From: Diplonema japonicum
Lineage: Eukaryota > Protista > Euglenozoa: Diplonemea
Reading direction: 5' to 3'
DNA length: 64,000 bases
Assembly: GCA_964019335.1 (NCBI GenBank)
Contig: OZ025692.1
Coordinates: 310,001 to 374,000 of the forward strand
Shown: positions 49,246-61,243 of the stretch, in pieces
Position numbering within the stretch: position 1 is the first letter of the stretch
How the letters are laid out: each line of letters begins with the position of its first letter
Position numbers and translations under genes: made by a program
The notes under the pieces: generated by a model
The model's database searches: none
The model's input: only the letters and a program-made list of their open reading frames with translations
Told to the model about the DNA's origin: nothing

Positions 49246-49564
49246 TTTGATGCAACCAGTAGGGGCCAAGGAACAAAAAAAAAAGAAGCAGAAAGAAAGA
49301 AGGAAAAAAAAAAGGAGAAGAATAAGAAACCAGAAATTGCGGCGGAGAGAAAAAAAAAATGCAAATGCGAGTCAAAAAAAAAAAAATGCTGCTGCTTTCT
49401 TTTTTGAGGGGGGGGGGGAGACGATACCCGCTGAGAATTGAAAATATTCCGGGAAAAAAAAAAAAAAAAAAAGAAAACACGCAAATTGTTGATAAACATA
49501 ACAGTGCATACAAAAAAAAAATTCGGATTCTTGCAAAGGGAGGTCTTGTAAAAGAACCCTCAAT

Positions 49565-50542
49565 TCAAGGTTCAATCAAAGTAGCATGTGATACCAGAAA
49601 AGGCAGGTGTATCTTCGGGGGGGGTATTGGGGGAGGTTTCTTCGGCAAATGTGGCCGGGAAGGCGGCGGAGGAGGCGAGGGAGGGGACGGGGGGCCATGG
49701 GGGTCCAAATTGATAAACGTCAACTGCGGCTCCCTCCCCTGCTTCGACATGGGCAGCGAACTCGGGAGGCTCGGAAGCGTGCCCTCGGGCGGGGGTCTCT
49801 TTTTCCTCCCCAAAACCTTCTCGTTCCCCAGAAAGGTAAACATATTCTCAGTTAGCTCCAAGGACGGAAGCCAATGCCCTGTCTTTTTTGGTGGGCTGAA
49901 CCCTCGCTTGTATGAGCCCCGCGCGGCTTCGTAGCAATCGACTCTTTCAAGCAATTTTAAAAGCGAAAGCTCGCTATTCTCCCGTCGGGTGGGCTTAACA
50001 TTGGAACAACAATTTGGTTCCCAAGGTTCTTCAGGACGTTGTGCCTGTAGATGGACTGGTGGGGGTGGTGGTGGAAGTGGAACTTTATTGGCTGGTTTTT
50101 TTAAATTACTAACGGGCGATCTCGGAGGTGTCCATTCCCCCCTTTCTGTCCAAGTCACGTCATGAAGGGACGGGTCCGGGAACGCTCTTGCGTGCGTCCA
50201 AAAGTTCCCAGCCTCCATCGGTTTGAGCTTCTCGATTATCTCTCTTGAAACACTGTCTAAACTGTTCATTGAGATTTTTCCCTGTCTCCAGTTAACCTCA
50301 ATTTCCTCGACTGCTTTTTGTACCCACTTGCTGTTCTTCTCTGTGCCACCGACATAGTAACCCCCCACCCCGCTAGCAAGGCCTTTGTTCGTGATGACCT
50401 GCATCACTTTCTTCTCACAGCAATCCCGTCTTACAAGCTTCACAACCAGCAAGCCCAGCATTGGACACACGTCCTTGTCCCACAGTTTCGCCTTCTGTTT
50501 CATTAAAGATTTTATTTCGCTTGCGGTGTTCGGTTGGGCCAT
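49565..50542 (-). CDS. Hypothetical proline-rich protein
   Basis: ORF of about 325 aa in non-homopolymeric sequence on the cluster strand; first ATG at 50542. Confidence 0.65.
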   Translation of the reverse strand: MAQPNTASEIKSLMKQKAKLWDKDVCPMLGLLVVKLVRRDCCEKKVMQVITNKGLASGVGGYYVGGTEKNSKWVQKAVEEIEVNWRQGKISMNSLDSVSREIIEKLKPMEAGNFWTHARAFPDPSLHDVTWTERGEWTPPRSPVSNLKKPANKVPLPPPPPPVHLQAQRPEEPWEPNCCSNVKPTRRENSELSLLKLLERVDCYEAARGSYKRGFSPPKKTGHWLPSLELTENMFTFLGNEKVLGRKKRPPPEGTLPSLPSSLPMSKQGREPQLTFINLDPHGPPSPPSPPPPPSRPHLPKKPPPIPPPKIHLPFLVSHATLIEP

Positions 50543-50929
50543 CCCGCCACCCACTACCCTCTCCCCTTTTTATTTTTTTTATTATTAGATTTCGAGATTT
50601 TAGGAAGATGGAATATAGAGGGAGTACATACACAGAAGAGAAATGGGGGGGGGGGGGGGAAGAAAAGGAGAGAAAAAAAAAGAATAGTGACAACAATGAA
50701 AGAAGGAGGGAATACTGAATGAAAGGGGGGGGTTTTTTTTCTTAAAAAAATATAAAAAAAGAAAGAAGGAAATGGAATGCCGTGTGTGGACACTCCTTCA
50801 CACAAAAAAATAGATAAAAGAAAGAAAAAAAATTCTTTCTCACCTTCCTCCTCCCCTCTGTAATGAAAATCTAAAAAAAAATATTAAAAATATATATCGA
50901 AGGCAAAATCTAAATTTCTTACACACAAA

Positions 50930-52434
50930 CTAAATTCGGGTGACGGAAGCCTGTGGGGGGGAGTCGGGTACCGCCCAAGCAGCATCAAGGTAGTTGTCCG
51001 TGGTCAAGTCCGTGAAGTTTCGCTGAAACCCGTTCCCAAGGTGCTCCGGCATTCGGGACGAATAACGCTGCGCGTTCCGGACACCGTTCTCTTTGAGGAA
51101 AACATTGTTTGGGCCGGTCGCACGGCCTATCTGCGAGGAGGGCGACCGCCGCGGCCTCACATCAATCGTTCTCAGATCTGAAGAGAAAAAAAAAATTTTT
51201 TTTTTACAATAAAAAGCATACATGTAGTACCACCCTGTCCTCTTCTCCTGACGGTGAACTGCACAGACACATCAGGCTCTAAAAGGTGCACCGCCTTCTT
51301 GAAGGACGCCAGGTTTGAGACAGACGTGTCGTCAATTTTCACAATGACATCACCATCGGTGATTGCTGGTGCTGAAGGACGTTTGGAAGAGACAACCCTC
51401 ACACCATCGTACCGCACCTCGGTTCCTAGTCTGTTAACATGCATTGAGTCGGCTACTTCTAAACCAAGTTTTGCGGTGGAAGGTTCCGTGGGGAACACCC
51501 TGCTTTGTGCGCTTGTTCTGCCGGTGGACGGGAATCTTTGCGGGTTCGATCCACGGCGTGAGGCGGGCGATGCCGACCTTCCGCGTGATCTTGATCTTGA
51601 TCTCGATCTGCTCCTCGCCCGTTCCCTCGCCAGGGTTTGCAGGACCAAGGCTTCTCCTTCGAGCTGGTCCATTCTTTCACTGAGCTCCCGTGACAAAGCG
51701 TCCTTTTCAATGGTGAGGCTTCTGCATTTGTTTTCCGATTCGTTAAGTTTCTTTTTGAGCTTTGTTACCATCTTGACAGCCTCGTTCAGATCCCATTCCA
51801 GTTTTCCAACTCTGTTTTCAAGTACGTCATCTGATGCTGTGACAGCTCGTTCAAAGGTGTGGCGTTCATGTTCGTGGCTCAGTTTTACGTACCCTTTGGG
51901 AAGAGGGGTTTTGTTCATTTTCTCGGTGAGTTCTGCGAGTTGCGATTCTGCCAGTGCTGCGCGTGCTTGTTCGCGTGCTAACGCCGCTTCTCGTCGTCCG
52001 ATGTTTTGGATTTGGTCTTGTTGTTTCAGGTTTTGTACCTGGGTGGTCAGCTCCTCGATTTGTATGTGGAGTTGTTCGTTGTCATGTTGAAGCTGTTTTG
52101 AAAGAGGTGTGTCGGTGTTGTGTGTTGTGGACCCGCTTCGTGTCATCACTGCGATTGCTTTTTTCAGTTGTACCTCAGTTTCCATGCGTTTTCCTTCTGA
52201 TTCTTTCACATTCTCTGCGGCCTCCCGTCTGACGTCGTCGCTGGCGCCCCCTTCGTGTTCAAGCTGCCACCATTGTGCGATGTCCCGCCTCTCCACCTGC
52301 GACTGCCGCACGTACCTCATGAACATCCTCCCCAAATCCTCCACTGTGTTCCCTTGGCTTGACGAAAGTGTTTTAGTTACGGCGCCCGCAGGGGGCGGGG
52401 GGCTCAGCCCCCCTTCGTCCCACGCTGTCTCCAT
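50930..52434 (-). CDS. Coiled-coil plus PDZ-domain protein (exons 51222-52434, 50930-51177)
   Basis: KLGLEV...GVRVVS...AITDGDVIVKIDD...VQFTVRR PDZ pattern; intron 51178-51221. Confidence 0.8.
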
Positions 52435-52509
52435 TTTTTTTTTTTTTTTCTTGTTTCCCTTTTTTTTTTTTTTTTTTGTTCAGATATGATATGAAAAAAA
52501 AAGGGAAAG

Positions 52510-52546
<37 letters not shown>

Positions 52547-52581
52547 TGGGAATGACAAAATAAAAAAAAAAAAAAAAATTA

Positions 52582-53730
52582 TCACGCACACCCTACAACG
52601 TTCGGAAATTGTTTTTGTCCGGTGAAAAACAAGTGGCATCCTGCGACCGAGAGCACAGGGATAGCCCAGAAGAGCTTGCTGAGCACCGGAATCAACCGCA
52701 CGGCCCTCCGCGGGTACTTCGAAGGATCATGCCGGAAACTGTAATCGGACAGCAAACCGGGCCTCTTGTGCGACTTCAGAATGTACCAACCCCCGTTGCT
52801 CGGGTCGTAATTCGCTTCGTCATACTCAGGGTAGAGGAAGAATATCGGCGCGGTGCCATATTCAGCAGTGTCTAACTGCCCACCTTGTTCGATTGATCTG
52901 ACTGCAGTGGTGGAGTAGTACTTAACCAATGGCTCATTGAAGTATTCCGGTACTTCGGAGATAAATGTGAAGGCGAGAGAGTTCAGGACGATATCGACCG
53001 CGTCGGTGTATCCACAGATAACACAACAGCTTACCGAGGCTACCATGGTGTTCAATGTCCATTGAAGGAGCGGGACGAGAAGAACCGCGTTTTCATTTCG
53101 TACTGTCTCGCCCTTCAGCGGCAGGAAGTAATTGTTGAAATCGGCAAATGCGAACATAGCCGAAACCCGTTCGTTGATTCTGTAGTACACGGCGCACAGA
53201 ACCCATGTACAGCATATTATTTGAAGGATTACAGTGTAGAAGCTTTCTGCTGAAAACACACCTTGGTAATAAAACTGTTCCCACTCGATACGGTGCAATG
53301 TTTTGTTTAGAATTTGAAACTCCACAGCAAATGACGTACAGTCGTATGGTGTAGATAGTTCCGTGAATTTTTCGTAAGAAGGGTCGGTTGGGTCGCCGCA
53401 TTCTACAAGGAATGATTCTGCACGAACGACCGGCGGGAACAGGACCGATATGGCTAGCAATGCAAAAACCTGGCTGAACGCGATAAAGATCAATGCCGCC
53501 CACACCAATGCAATGTCTTTGTTCTTCAATGGGTTGAAGGTGTACATTCCGGGAGTAGCGTTCTTGGCTAGTAAGAAGGCTGTTGCGTAGACATCTTGGG
53601 AGAGTTCTCCGTCTTCCCATTCACCATCCTCCTCTGCTTCTGTTTGAACCGCTTCTAATTTATCGATCCGTTTGGCAAGCTCGTGGATGTTATGTTCAGG
53701 AGGGCGTCTTACGATAACAGGTTTCCCCAT
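52582..53730 (-). CDS. Multi-pass membrane protein of unknown function
   Basis: Several hydrophobic helices and a DIVLNSLAFTFISEV motif; ATG at 53730 follows an A-run. Confidence 0.75.
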   Translation of the reverse strand: MGKPVIVRRPPEHNIHELAKRIDKLEAVQTEAEEDGEWEDGELSQDVYATAFLLAKNATPGMYTFNPLKNKDIALVWAALIFIAFSQVFALLAISVLFPPVVRAESFLVECGDPTDPSYEKFTELSTPYDCTSFAVEFQILNKTLHRIEWEQFYYQGVFSAESFYTVILQIICCTWVLCAVYYRINERVSAMFAFADFNNYFLPLKGETVRNENAVLLVPLLQWTLNTMVASVSCCVICGYTDAVDIVLNSLAFTFISEVPEYFNEPLVKYYSTTAVRSIEQGGQLDTAEYGTAPIFFLYPEYDEANYDPSNGGWYILKSHKRPGLLSDYSFRHDPSKYPRRAVRLIPVLSKLFWAIPVLSVAGCHLFFTGQKQFPNVVGCA

Positions 53731-54562
53731 TTTTTTATTTTTATTTTTTTTTTTTAATTTTTCCTCCCTCCTCCATAAGGTTTCGAAATTTATAAAAAAA
53801 AAAAAAAAATGGGAGAGGATAGTGTGTGTGTGGAAAGGAATGGGGAGGGGGGGTTTTTTTTTTAAAAAAGAAGGGATGGGGTAATAAATAAGAAAAAAAA
53901 AATGGGGCTTTGGTTGCAGCACTATTTGGCGTTAAGTGTGCAGCGAAAAAAAGAATTTTCAAAAAAAATATAAAAAAAAAGCTTTCTTTTTTTGTTTCCT
54001 TTTTTTTTTTTGCAATCTCTGTTCCCCTCCCACCAACCCTTAGAAACTTGGTTACCATGTATGGTAAAAAAAAAAAAAATGTTCTTTTTTTTGTTTCCTT
54101 TTTCTTTTTTTTTTTCCTTTCGCTTTTCAGTTTTTTTTCTTCTCTTGGTTCTTCCTTAAAGGAAAGTTAACGGTGGTAAGGAAAAAAAAAGGGCGGATGG
54201 GGGAAAAATTAGGGGGGGGGGGGGGGCAACTGCTATTTCTCTTTTTTAAAATTAAACGATGGGGGGAAGGGTTTCTGTTGAATTCTTTTCTTTTTTTTTT
54301 TCCTCTCGAAGCAAAAAATAAATAAATAAAAAGGAAATGTCTTTAGCTGCCTCTAAAAAAAAAAAAAAAAAAAAATCGTTGACTTATAAATAAAAAAAAA
54401 TGTTTTTAAGGACCTTTTAAAAAAAAAATTATTATTTCTTATACGAACACATTAAGAAAACCGCATCTGTGTCAGCAGTGATGGTGTTAAAATGATCAAT
54501 AGGGACAAACCTGCAATTTTTTTTTAAATCTTTCCCCCCCCCCCCCCCCCCCCACCCCTTTT

Positions 54563-56677
54563 TTAAAAATCCTCATACATAAATTTCCCAGCTGCAACCT
54601 CGACCGTATTCCCCCCTTTGTAAGCAAGAGGAGATTCACTCTGACCCCAGTTTACAGGCAGCGCACCAGTAAACACGGCCGCCCTGCAAGCAGGATACGA
54701 CGGTGTGATAAGACTGTAACAAGACCCAGGGAAAATTGTCACACGGATCGTCCCTGACAGGACGAGATACGCTGTATGCTTGTCCTCAGAACGAAGAGAA
54801 AACTGCACGGACGCAGGCACAGTCTTCAACGTCACCCTGCACAGGGAATACCCTTCAAGCATCTTCTTCTCCGGATCCGGGATGACACTTTCCGGAAGGA
54901 GGCAGTCAGAAACTGTTAAAGCTGTCGGTTTTGCCTCGTTCCACGACTTACCCCGAACGACGTAGTGGGTCGGCATCACAGGACCGCTTGCACCGTCTTT
55001 CCAAGCAAGCGAACCATCAACCTGAACAATTGCTTCACCATCCTCGCTTCCTATCACGCCAGAAGGACTGATTAAATGTCTAAATGACGATTCTGAAACA
55101 TGTGATAACGACGGCCAACCGTCTGGAACTGCGACACCATGGTTACCGATAAATGGCCGGCCCGGCTGCATTGACGTTCCGACCTCTGCGGTGGTGTGGT
55201 CGGGGTTTGCATTTTGAGCAGCGCCATCAAAGATAGAAATCCATTTCGCAAACGCTGGTTTACTGTCGCACCAGATGTGAATCGGCGGGGAAAAGGGATT
55301 GTACACTGCAAACACCCACGGATGCTCCGGCTGCGGTGCCTTTAATATCCGGGAATACCTCAGTCTATGAACATCCAGCCCTGCAGTATCTGTTCCCTTT
55401 GCGTCTCTAAACGTGTAAAAAGTATCGTGAACGGTAACCCATCTACGCTTCCAACCGTCTGAAAGCCAACCTCCACTCTCAACCTGAATAATAACGTAAC
55501 CAGATGCAACGCACGATGGGAGATCATCCGGTACCTTTCTGAAGTCCACACAGGGAACAGGTTTCGCAACGTGAACTTGCGTGATTAAACGTTCGTACAC
55601 CGTCATGCGCTCCTCGTGGATTCTTCTGTTGGGGTTCATTTGCGCGGTGGTGATGTCGATCAGAGCGCACCAGATGTCCCTTTCGAGCTCCGTGTAGAAT
55701 GTCAAACTGAGCAGGTCACCCGATTTATTTTTGATTTTCAATGGGTGCTGCATCATCCTGTTGGGTCCTATAATCATAGAGGCAGTTTCTACTGAAACGT
55801 TGTTCAGATTGAACTCTTCGTAAGTTTCGGCAGATGGGGTTGGAGCGTGGTACAATTTCCTGTCGTGTAGAACAAACCATTCAGGTGTGTTTGAAGCTCC
55901 CAACCAACCTTCGGAGATAACCCACGCGTAGCAGCTGTGCCCTAAAGCCTTGTTTTGTAAAAACTTCGGGAGGGTGATGTTTACAGACGGCTCGTCTTGT
56001 TGTTGTTGTTGTTGTTGTTGTTTTTCCTGTTTTTCCTCTTTCCACGGAACGTTGGCAGGCTGGTTCATCACACAGCATGCGAACGGTTTTGAAGAGTAAT
56101 CTGTAGGTACCGCTGTTTTTCCTTCTTCCTCCTCGGAGATTTCATTGAAAAGTAGGGTTCGCTTGCCCATGCATGAACCATTTGCTCCAAGGATTGTTTG
56201 AGTTAGGGCGAGAATTCTGCCAGGGGATTCTCTTTGCAGCCAGTGAATTTTGTTTTGTCCAATTGCCACCCATGTGGGTTGGAAAAGCTCGGGTTTAGGG
56301 AATTCTGGTGTTTCTTCAACGCTTTTAATTGGAAGGATCTCGTCGTTGATTTTTAATGTTGGCCGTCCGTCTTCTCCAGAGTCGTTGATTTCCCATGCGG
56401 GGTCGGGGCTTGCGTTTACTTGTGGGGTTTTGGACCTTCTTATCGTGAAGGATAGTTCTTTGCACACCCATGTACCTTCTCGCGGCCTCTCCACGGTGTC
56501 CGGCCATGGGTTTTTTATCAACACTGGTGGGGTCTCGTTGCCCTCCACCTTCTTTTCCGTTTTTTCCTCTCCGCTCACCACTTTCACCTGTTCGTTTTGC
56601 TTTTCTTGTTGGGCTGCTTTTTTCGGTTGTTGTTCCTTCTTCTGCTCCTCTTCACCGCCTACCAACCATGAAAACAT
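54563..56677 (-). CDS. Tandem PH-domain protein
   Basis: WFVLHDRKLYH...ERDIWCALI and SGYV...WKRRWVTV...AFAKWISIF. Confidence 0.8.
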   Translation of the reverse strand: MFSWLVGGEEEQKKEQQPKKAAQQEKQNEQVKVVSGEEKTEKKVEGNETPPVLIKNPWPDTVERPREGTWVCKELSFTIRRSKTPQVNASPDPAWEINDSGEDGRPTLKINDEILPIKSVEETPEFPKPELFQPTWVAIGQNKIHWLQRESPGRILALTQTILGANGSCMGKRTLLFNEISEEEEGKTAVPTDYSSKPFACCVMNQPANVPWKEEKQEKQQQQQQQQDEPSVNITLPKFLQNKALGHSCYAWVISEGWLGASNTPEWFVLHDRKLYHAPTPSAETYEEFNLNNVSVETASMIIGPNRMMQHPLKIKNKSGDLLSLTFYTELERDIWCALIDITTAQMNPNRRIHEERMTVYERLITQVHVAKPVPCVDFRKVPDDLPSCVASGYVIIQVESGGWLSDGWKRRWVTVHDTFYTFRDAKGTDTAGLDVHRLRYSRILKAPQPEHPWVFAVYNPFSPPIHIWCDSKPAFAKWISIFDGAAQNANPDHTTAEVGTSMQPGRPFIGNHGVAVPDGWPSLSHVSESSFRHLISPSGVIGSEDGEAIVQVDGSLAWKDGASGPVMPTHYVVRGKSWNEAKPTALTVSDCLLPESVIPDPEKKMLEGYSLCRVTLKTVPASVQFSLRSEDKHTAYLVLSGTIRVTIFPGSCYSLITPSYPACRAAVFTGALPVNWGQSESPLAYKGGNTVEVAAGKFMYEDF

Positions 56678-56967
56678 CGTGTCTTTTTTTTTTTTTTTTT
56701 ATAAAAAGAATCCCCCGCCCCTCACGTCTTTTTTTTTTTTTAAACCCCCGTTTTGGGTACTGAAAAAAAAAGAAAATAATAATAAAGAGTAAAAAAAAAA
56801 AAATTGGAGATGGGGAAAAGTCATTAAAAAATATTTTAAAAAAAAAAAAAACTAAAGAAAAAAAAAAAAAAATAAAGTCCCCTTTTCAAAAAAGGGGATT
56901 TTTTTTTTTTTTTTTTTGTGACACTTTTTTTTTTCCCCTTTTTTTTTTTCTTTCTTGTCCTCATAAT

Positions 56968-57891
56968 CTACCTTCTCCTCTTTTTGTCGCGGTCGCGGGA
57001 GCGGGTGTACGAAGAGGATTCGGACGAAGACGGCGAGCGGCGCCTCTTGCGCCGCCTCTTTCTGTCGCCGTAGCTGGACGATGACGAGCTGGGGGAGCGG
57101 CCTCTGCGGATGAACCGACGGCCGCGGGAGGAGCCCCAACGGGACCATTCCCCACGCTGCCCACTGTATCGACAGACCCACGTGCACTCACCATCGTTGA
57201 GCGACACACCAAGGTCACGGAGCTCATCACGAAGCTCGTCTGCACGAGAGTAGTCTTTCGAGTTCTTTGCGTTCTGCCTCTGCTGACACAGGTCATCCAC
57301 GTCCATGCTGTCCACAGACTCGTTACGCCTCTTTCTCAGATGCCCGTATGATCCCCGCTTCCCGCATTTTGAACGCCATTCGCAGTTGAGGTCGTTGGTG
57401 TCGACGCCCATCCTCTTGAGTTCCCGTTGTATGCCGTCTGCTTTTTCGTAGTTTCTCACCTTTCTCAATGCCTGCCTTGCGTCACACATCTCTTGCACCT
57501 TTTCTTCATCGACTGATGAGTAGGAGCTGCTTCTTCTCCTTCTTCTTCTCGGGCTGCGTTTTGGGCTTCTTCTGCTTCTCCTTGACAGGCTTTCCGATCT
57601 TTCCCTCCTCGGTGAGCGGCTTTCCCTCCTCGGTGAGCGGCTTACTTCGCGGGCGTGTCTTTCCTTCCTCGGTGAGCGGCTTTCCTTCCTCGGTGAGCGG
57701 CTTAATTCGCGAGCATGTCTTTCCTTCCTCGGTGAGCGGCTTTCTTTCCTCGGTGAGCGGCTTACCTCGCGGGCGTGCCTTTCATTCCTCGGCGAGCGGC
57801 TTTCCTTCCTCGGCGAGCGGCTTACTTCGCGGTCGCGCCCTCGTTCCTCGCTCTTGGGTTTCTTGGCGACCTCTTGCTCCGTGTCTGACAT
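56968..57891 (-). CDS. RS-repeat protein with two CysRS anticodon-binding-like helical domains
   Basis: SRSPR repeats and an SR tail flank RQALRKVRNYEKADGIQRELKRMGVDTND...W and RQNAKNSKDYSRADELRDELRDLGVSLND...W. Confidence 0.75.
   Translation of the reverse strand: MSDTEQEVAKKPKSEERGRDREVSRSPRKESRSPRNERHAREVSRSPRKESRSPRKERHARELSRSPRKESRSPRKERHAREVSRSPRRESRSPRRERSESLSRRSRRSPKRSPRRRRRRSSSYSSVDEEKVQEMCDARQALRKVRNYEKADGIQRELKRMGVDTNDLNCEWRSKCGKRGSYGHLRKRRNESVDSMDVDDLCQQRQNAKNSKDYSRADELRDELRDLGVSLNDGECTWVCRYSGQRGEWSRWGSSRGRRFIRRGRSPSSSSSSYGDRKRRRKRRRSPSSSESSSYTRSRDRDKKRRR
57600..57835 (-). repeat. 60-bp coding tandem repeat, four copies (EVSRSPRKESRSPRKERHAR)
   Basis: Four aligned 60-nt units, each containing two 21-nt subrepeats. 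Confidence 0.9.
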
Positions 57892-58319
57892 TTAAATGTT
57901 TTTTTTTTTTTGCTTTTCTTATTGTTATTTTGATACCAAAAAAATAGAGCTGTTGTGGTTTTGTTTTGTTGTGAGGGGGGGCTTGTTAAGTTGTCTTTTT
58001 CTTTATTTTTTTTTTTTTCCATTTCGCCATCGAGCATCGGAGGTCGAACAGCGTGCATCCTGTGGCCGGCCGACTAAGCTGGCAATTCAGAAAAAAGACA
58101 AACAAAAAAAAAAAAATGGGGTGTCGCCCTTGATAAACGTGATACCAGGCATTTATTTTCTTTTTTCCCTCAAGACCCACACACGTGGTCTCCTCGAATT
58201 CGTCGCGTGTCACGTGGTTCACGGTTCTGTTGCCCGGTCCGCAAGAAGACCGGGGTGGTGGGGGATGGGGGTTCTTGGCTACGAATACCGCCCTTTTTTT
58301 TTTAAAGTCGTGTGTCGCA

Positions 58320-60540
58320 TTTCTGTGTGCTGGACCCAACTTGCGGAAACCATAGAAGAATAGGGGGGAAAGAAAGAAAGAACTCAGACGGGCAGCTCAC
58401 CTGTGCGCCAGTCCAACTTGTGGAGACCGGCGTTGGCAGAAAAAGGAGACACTTGTTCTTCGATACCACCTTGGGGGAAGCTCTGGTTTCGTATCGGGTC
58501 GGGTGTCGGGGTCCTTCCCCACAGCTCTGTGATCAGTCATAGTGAAAAGAGGACTGGTGTGTGCGAAGAGGAACAAGATAACGTTTCATTATTTCATGAT
58601 ACCACCTTATCCACAGAAGACAAAATATCGCTACGTCTACACAAACGACTCCTGTGTGCCAGCCCAGCTTTGTGGTGACCAGCATGAACAAGAAGGGGAA
58701 AGAGAGGGGGGGGGAAACAAAACGACAAGTTTATACCACCTTTTATTGTCGAAAAACTGCAAGGAAGAATGAAAATACATTTCGTGTCCTTTAATACATC
58801 CTCATTGACAGCTCACCTGTGTGCCAGTCCAACTTGTAGAACCAGCATTGGCAGAAAGGGAGACACTTGTTCTTCGATACCGCGTGAAATTCTGATTTCG
58901 TATCGGGTCGGGTGTCAGGGTCCTTCCCCACAGCTCTGTGATCAGTCATAGTGAAAAGAGGACTGGTGTGTGCGAAGAGGAACAAGATAACATTTCATTG
59001 TTTCATGATACCACCTCACCACGAACAAAAGGACCCACTCACGATACCGCGGTGTCGCCACGGGGCCCGGTGTTAATTGAAAAGGAAGAGGAAGCATCAG
59101 CTCACCTGTGTGCTAGTCCAACTTGTAGGACCAGCATTGGCAGAAAGGGAGACACTTGTTCTTCAATACCACCTAGCTCCGGGTGAACATCTGGTTTCGT
59201 ATCGGATCGAGGTCCTTCTGCAGGGCTGTGATCAGTCATAATGAAAGAGGACTGGTGTGTGCGAAGAGGAACAGGATAACGTTTCATTATTTCATGATAC
59301 CACCTTATCCACAGAAGACAAAATATCGCTACGTCTACACAAACGACTCCTGTGTGCCAGCCCAGCTTTGTGGTGACCAGCATGAACAAGAAGGGGAAAG
59401 AGAGAAGGGGGGGGGGGGGGGGGGGGAAACAAAACGACAAGTTTATACCACCTTTTATTGTCGAAAACTGCCTCGAAACACAAAACGAGCCCTGTGTGCC
59501 AGCCCACTTGGTGACCAGCATTAAAGACAAGAGGCGGGGGGGGGGGGGGGGAGAAGAATGAAAATACGTTTTGCGTCCTTTAAAGCAATACACCCTCATT
59601 GACAGCTCACCTGTGCGCTAGTCCAACTTGTGGAACCAGCATTGGCAGAAAGGGGGACACTTGTTCTTCGATACCGCGTGAAATTCTGATTTCGTATCGG
59701 GTCGGGTGTCAGGGTCCTTCCCCACAGCTCTGTGATCAGTCATAGTGAAAAGAGGACTGGTGTGTGCGAAGGGGAAGAGGATAACATTTCATTGTTTCAT
59801 GATACCACCTCACCACGAACAAAAGGACCCACTCACGATACCGCGGTGTCGCCACGGGGCCCGGTGTTAATTGAAAAGGAAGAGGAAGCATCAGCTCACC
59901 TGTGTGCTAGTCCAACTTGTAGGACCAGCATTGGCAGAAAGGGAGACACTTGTTCTTCAATACCACCTAGCTCCGGGTGAACATCTGGTTTCGTATCGGG
60001 TCGGGTGTCGGGGTCCTTCTGCAGGGCTGTGATCAGTCATAGTGAAAGAGGACTGGTGTGTGCGAAGAGGAACATGGCCATGATACATGTGCCACCTTAC
60101 AAAAATATCGCTACGTCTACACAAACGACTCCTGTGTGCCAGCCCAGCTTTGTGGTGACCAGCATGAAGGGGGAAAGGAAGGAAAAAAAAAAAGGCGACC
60201 TTAGAAATAAAGGGATATCACCTTGCCTCTGAGTCGGGTGTGGCCCTTCCCTGCAGCGCTGTGATCGGTCATTTTTGAAGACGACCGGTGTGTGCGAAGA
60301 GAATGGTAGAACATTCATTTCGGAGACACTTGTTGTTCAATACCACCTTGCTCCGGGTGAACATCTGATTTCGTATCGAGTCGGGTGTCGGGGTCCTTCT
60401 GCAGGGCTGTGACAGTCATAGTGAAAGAGGACTGGTGTGTGCGAAGAGCAGGAATGAAGGGGAAAGGAAAGAAAGAAAATACGATTCTCCTTCGGCTCCA
60501 GACCGAATCCACTATTTCGCTGTCACCTGTGCGCAGCCCG
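58320..60540. repeat. Modular degenerate tandem array with a 794-bp higher-order period
   Basis: Module A (cagctcacctgtg...) at 58393, 58809, 59098, 59603, 59892. Module B (ctgtgatcagtcat...gaggactggtgtgtgcgaag) in 7 copies, module C (cctgtgtgccagccc) in 4. 58809 to 59603 and 59098 to 59892 are both 794 bp. Confidence 0.9.
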
Positions 60541-60681
60541 TCTTAGAGAGGCCAGCGGGTATCAAAGGTGTTTGTTTTGATTTTGAAAACAAACAAGAAA
60601 TGACAAGAAGCAAACCTTGCCAACAGCACTTTGCTCTTTTGAACCGTTGCTGTGCACACTCCAGCCACAGGAGTGGTGTGG

Positions 60682-60682
<1 letters not shown>

Positions 60683-60721
<39 letters not shown>

Positions 60722-60722
60722 T
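60683..60722. repeat. (TTA)n microsatellite
   Basis: About 13 tandem TTA units. Confidence 0.9.
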
Positions 60723-61068
60723 GTCAATGCACGTGAAAACCAAATATAAAATAACACAGTAAAAAAAAAAGAAGAAGAAAAAAAAGGGAGGCGAAGGGAG
60801 AAACTTATACACACTCTTACTTTTTTTTTTGTTTGTTTTCTTCGTACCTCAGCCTTGTCTCCTTTGTCGCTAGGAAAGCAAAGCCTACAACCCTCCCCCC
60901 CCCTCCCGAGTGAGAGGAGAAAAAAAAAAAGAGAACTATGAAAGGAAGAAGAGGGGGAGGGAAATAAAAACTCGTGCGACTTTCTCTGTATCCCTTTTTT
61001 TCTTCTTCCCTAAAAGGCCATGTTTCTGCCTTTTCTCTCCCTCTCTTTTCACCTCGAACTAATATTTC

Positions 61069-61108
<40 letters not shown>

Positions 61109-61243
61109 TGTGTGTCCCTCTCTCGTTCCCCCTGGCGGCTTTTTTAATATGTGGTTAGAACTTGCCACCAAGATGGGTCTCATTTTTTTTTTTTTTTTTT
61201 TTTTCCATTTTTTTTTAATTTATTCCCGCGCAAATATTTTGTT

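Noticed and set aside
58320-60540. CRISPR array, hammerhead ribozyme array or box C/D snoRNA cluster
   Set aside because: No constant repeat with unique spacers and no cas genes. The core reads CTGATCA rather than CTGANGA, and no TGATGA C boxes were seen on the transcribed strand.
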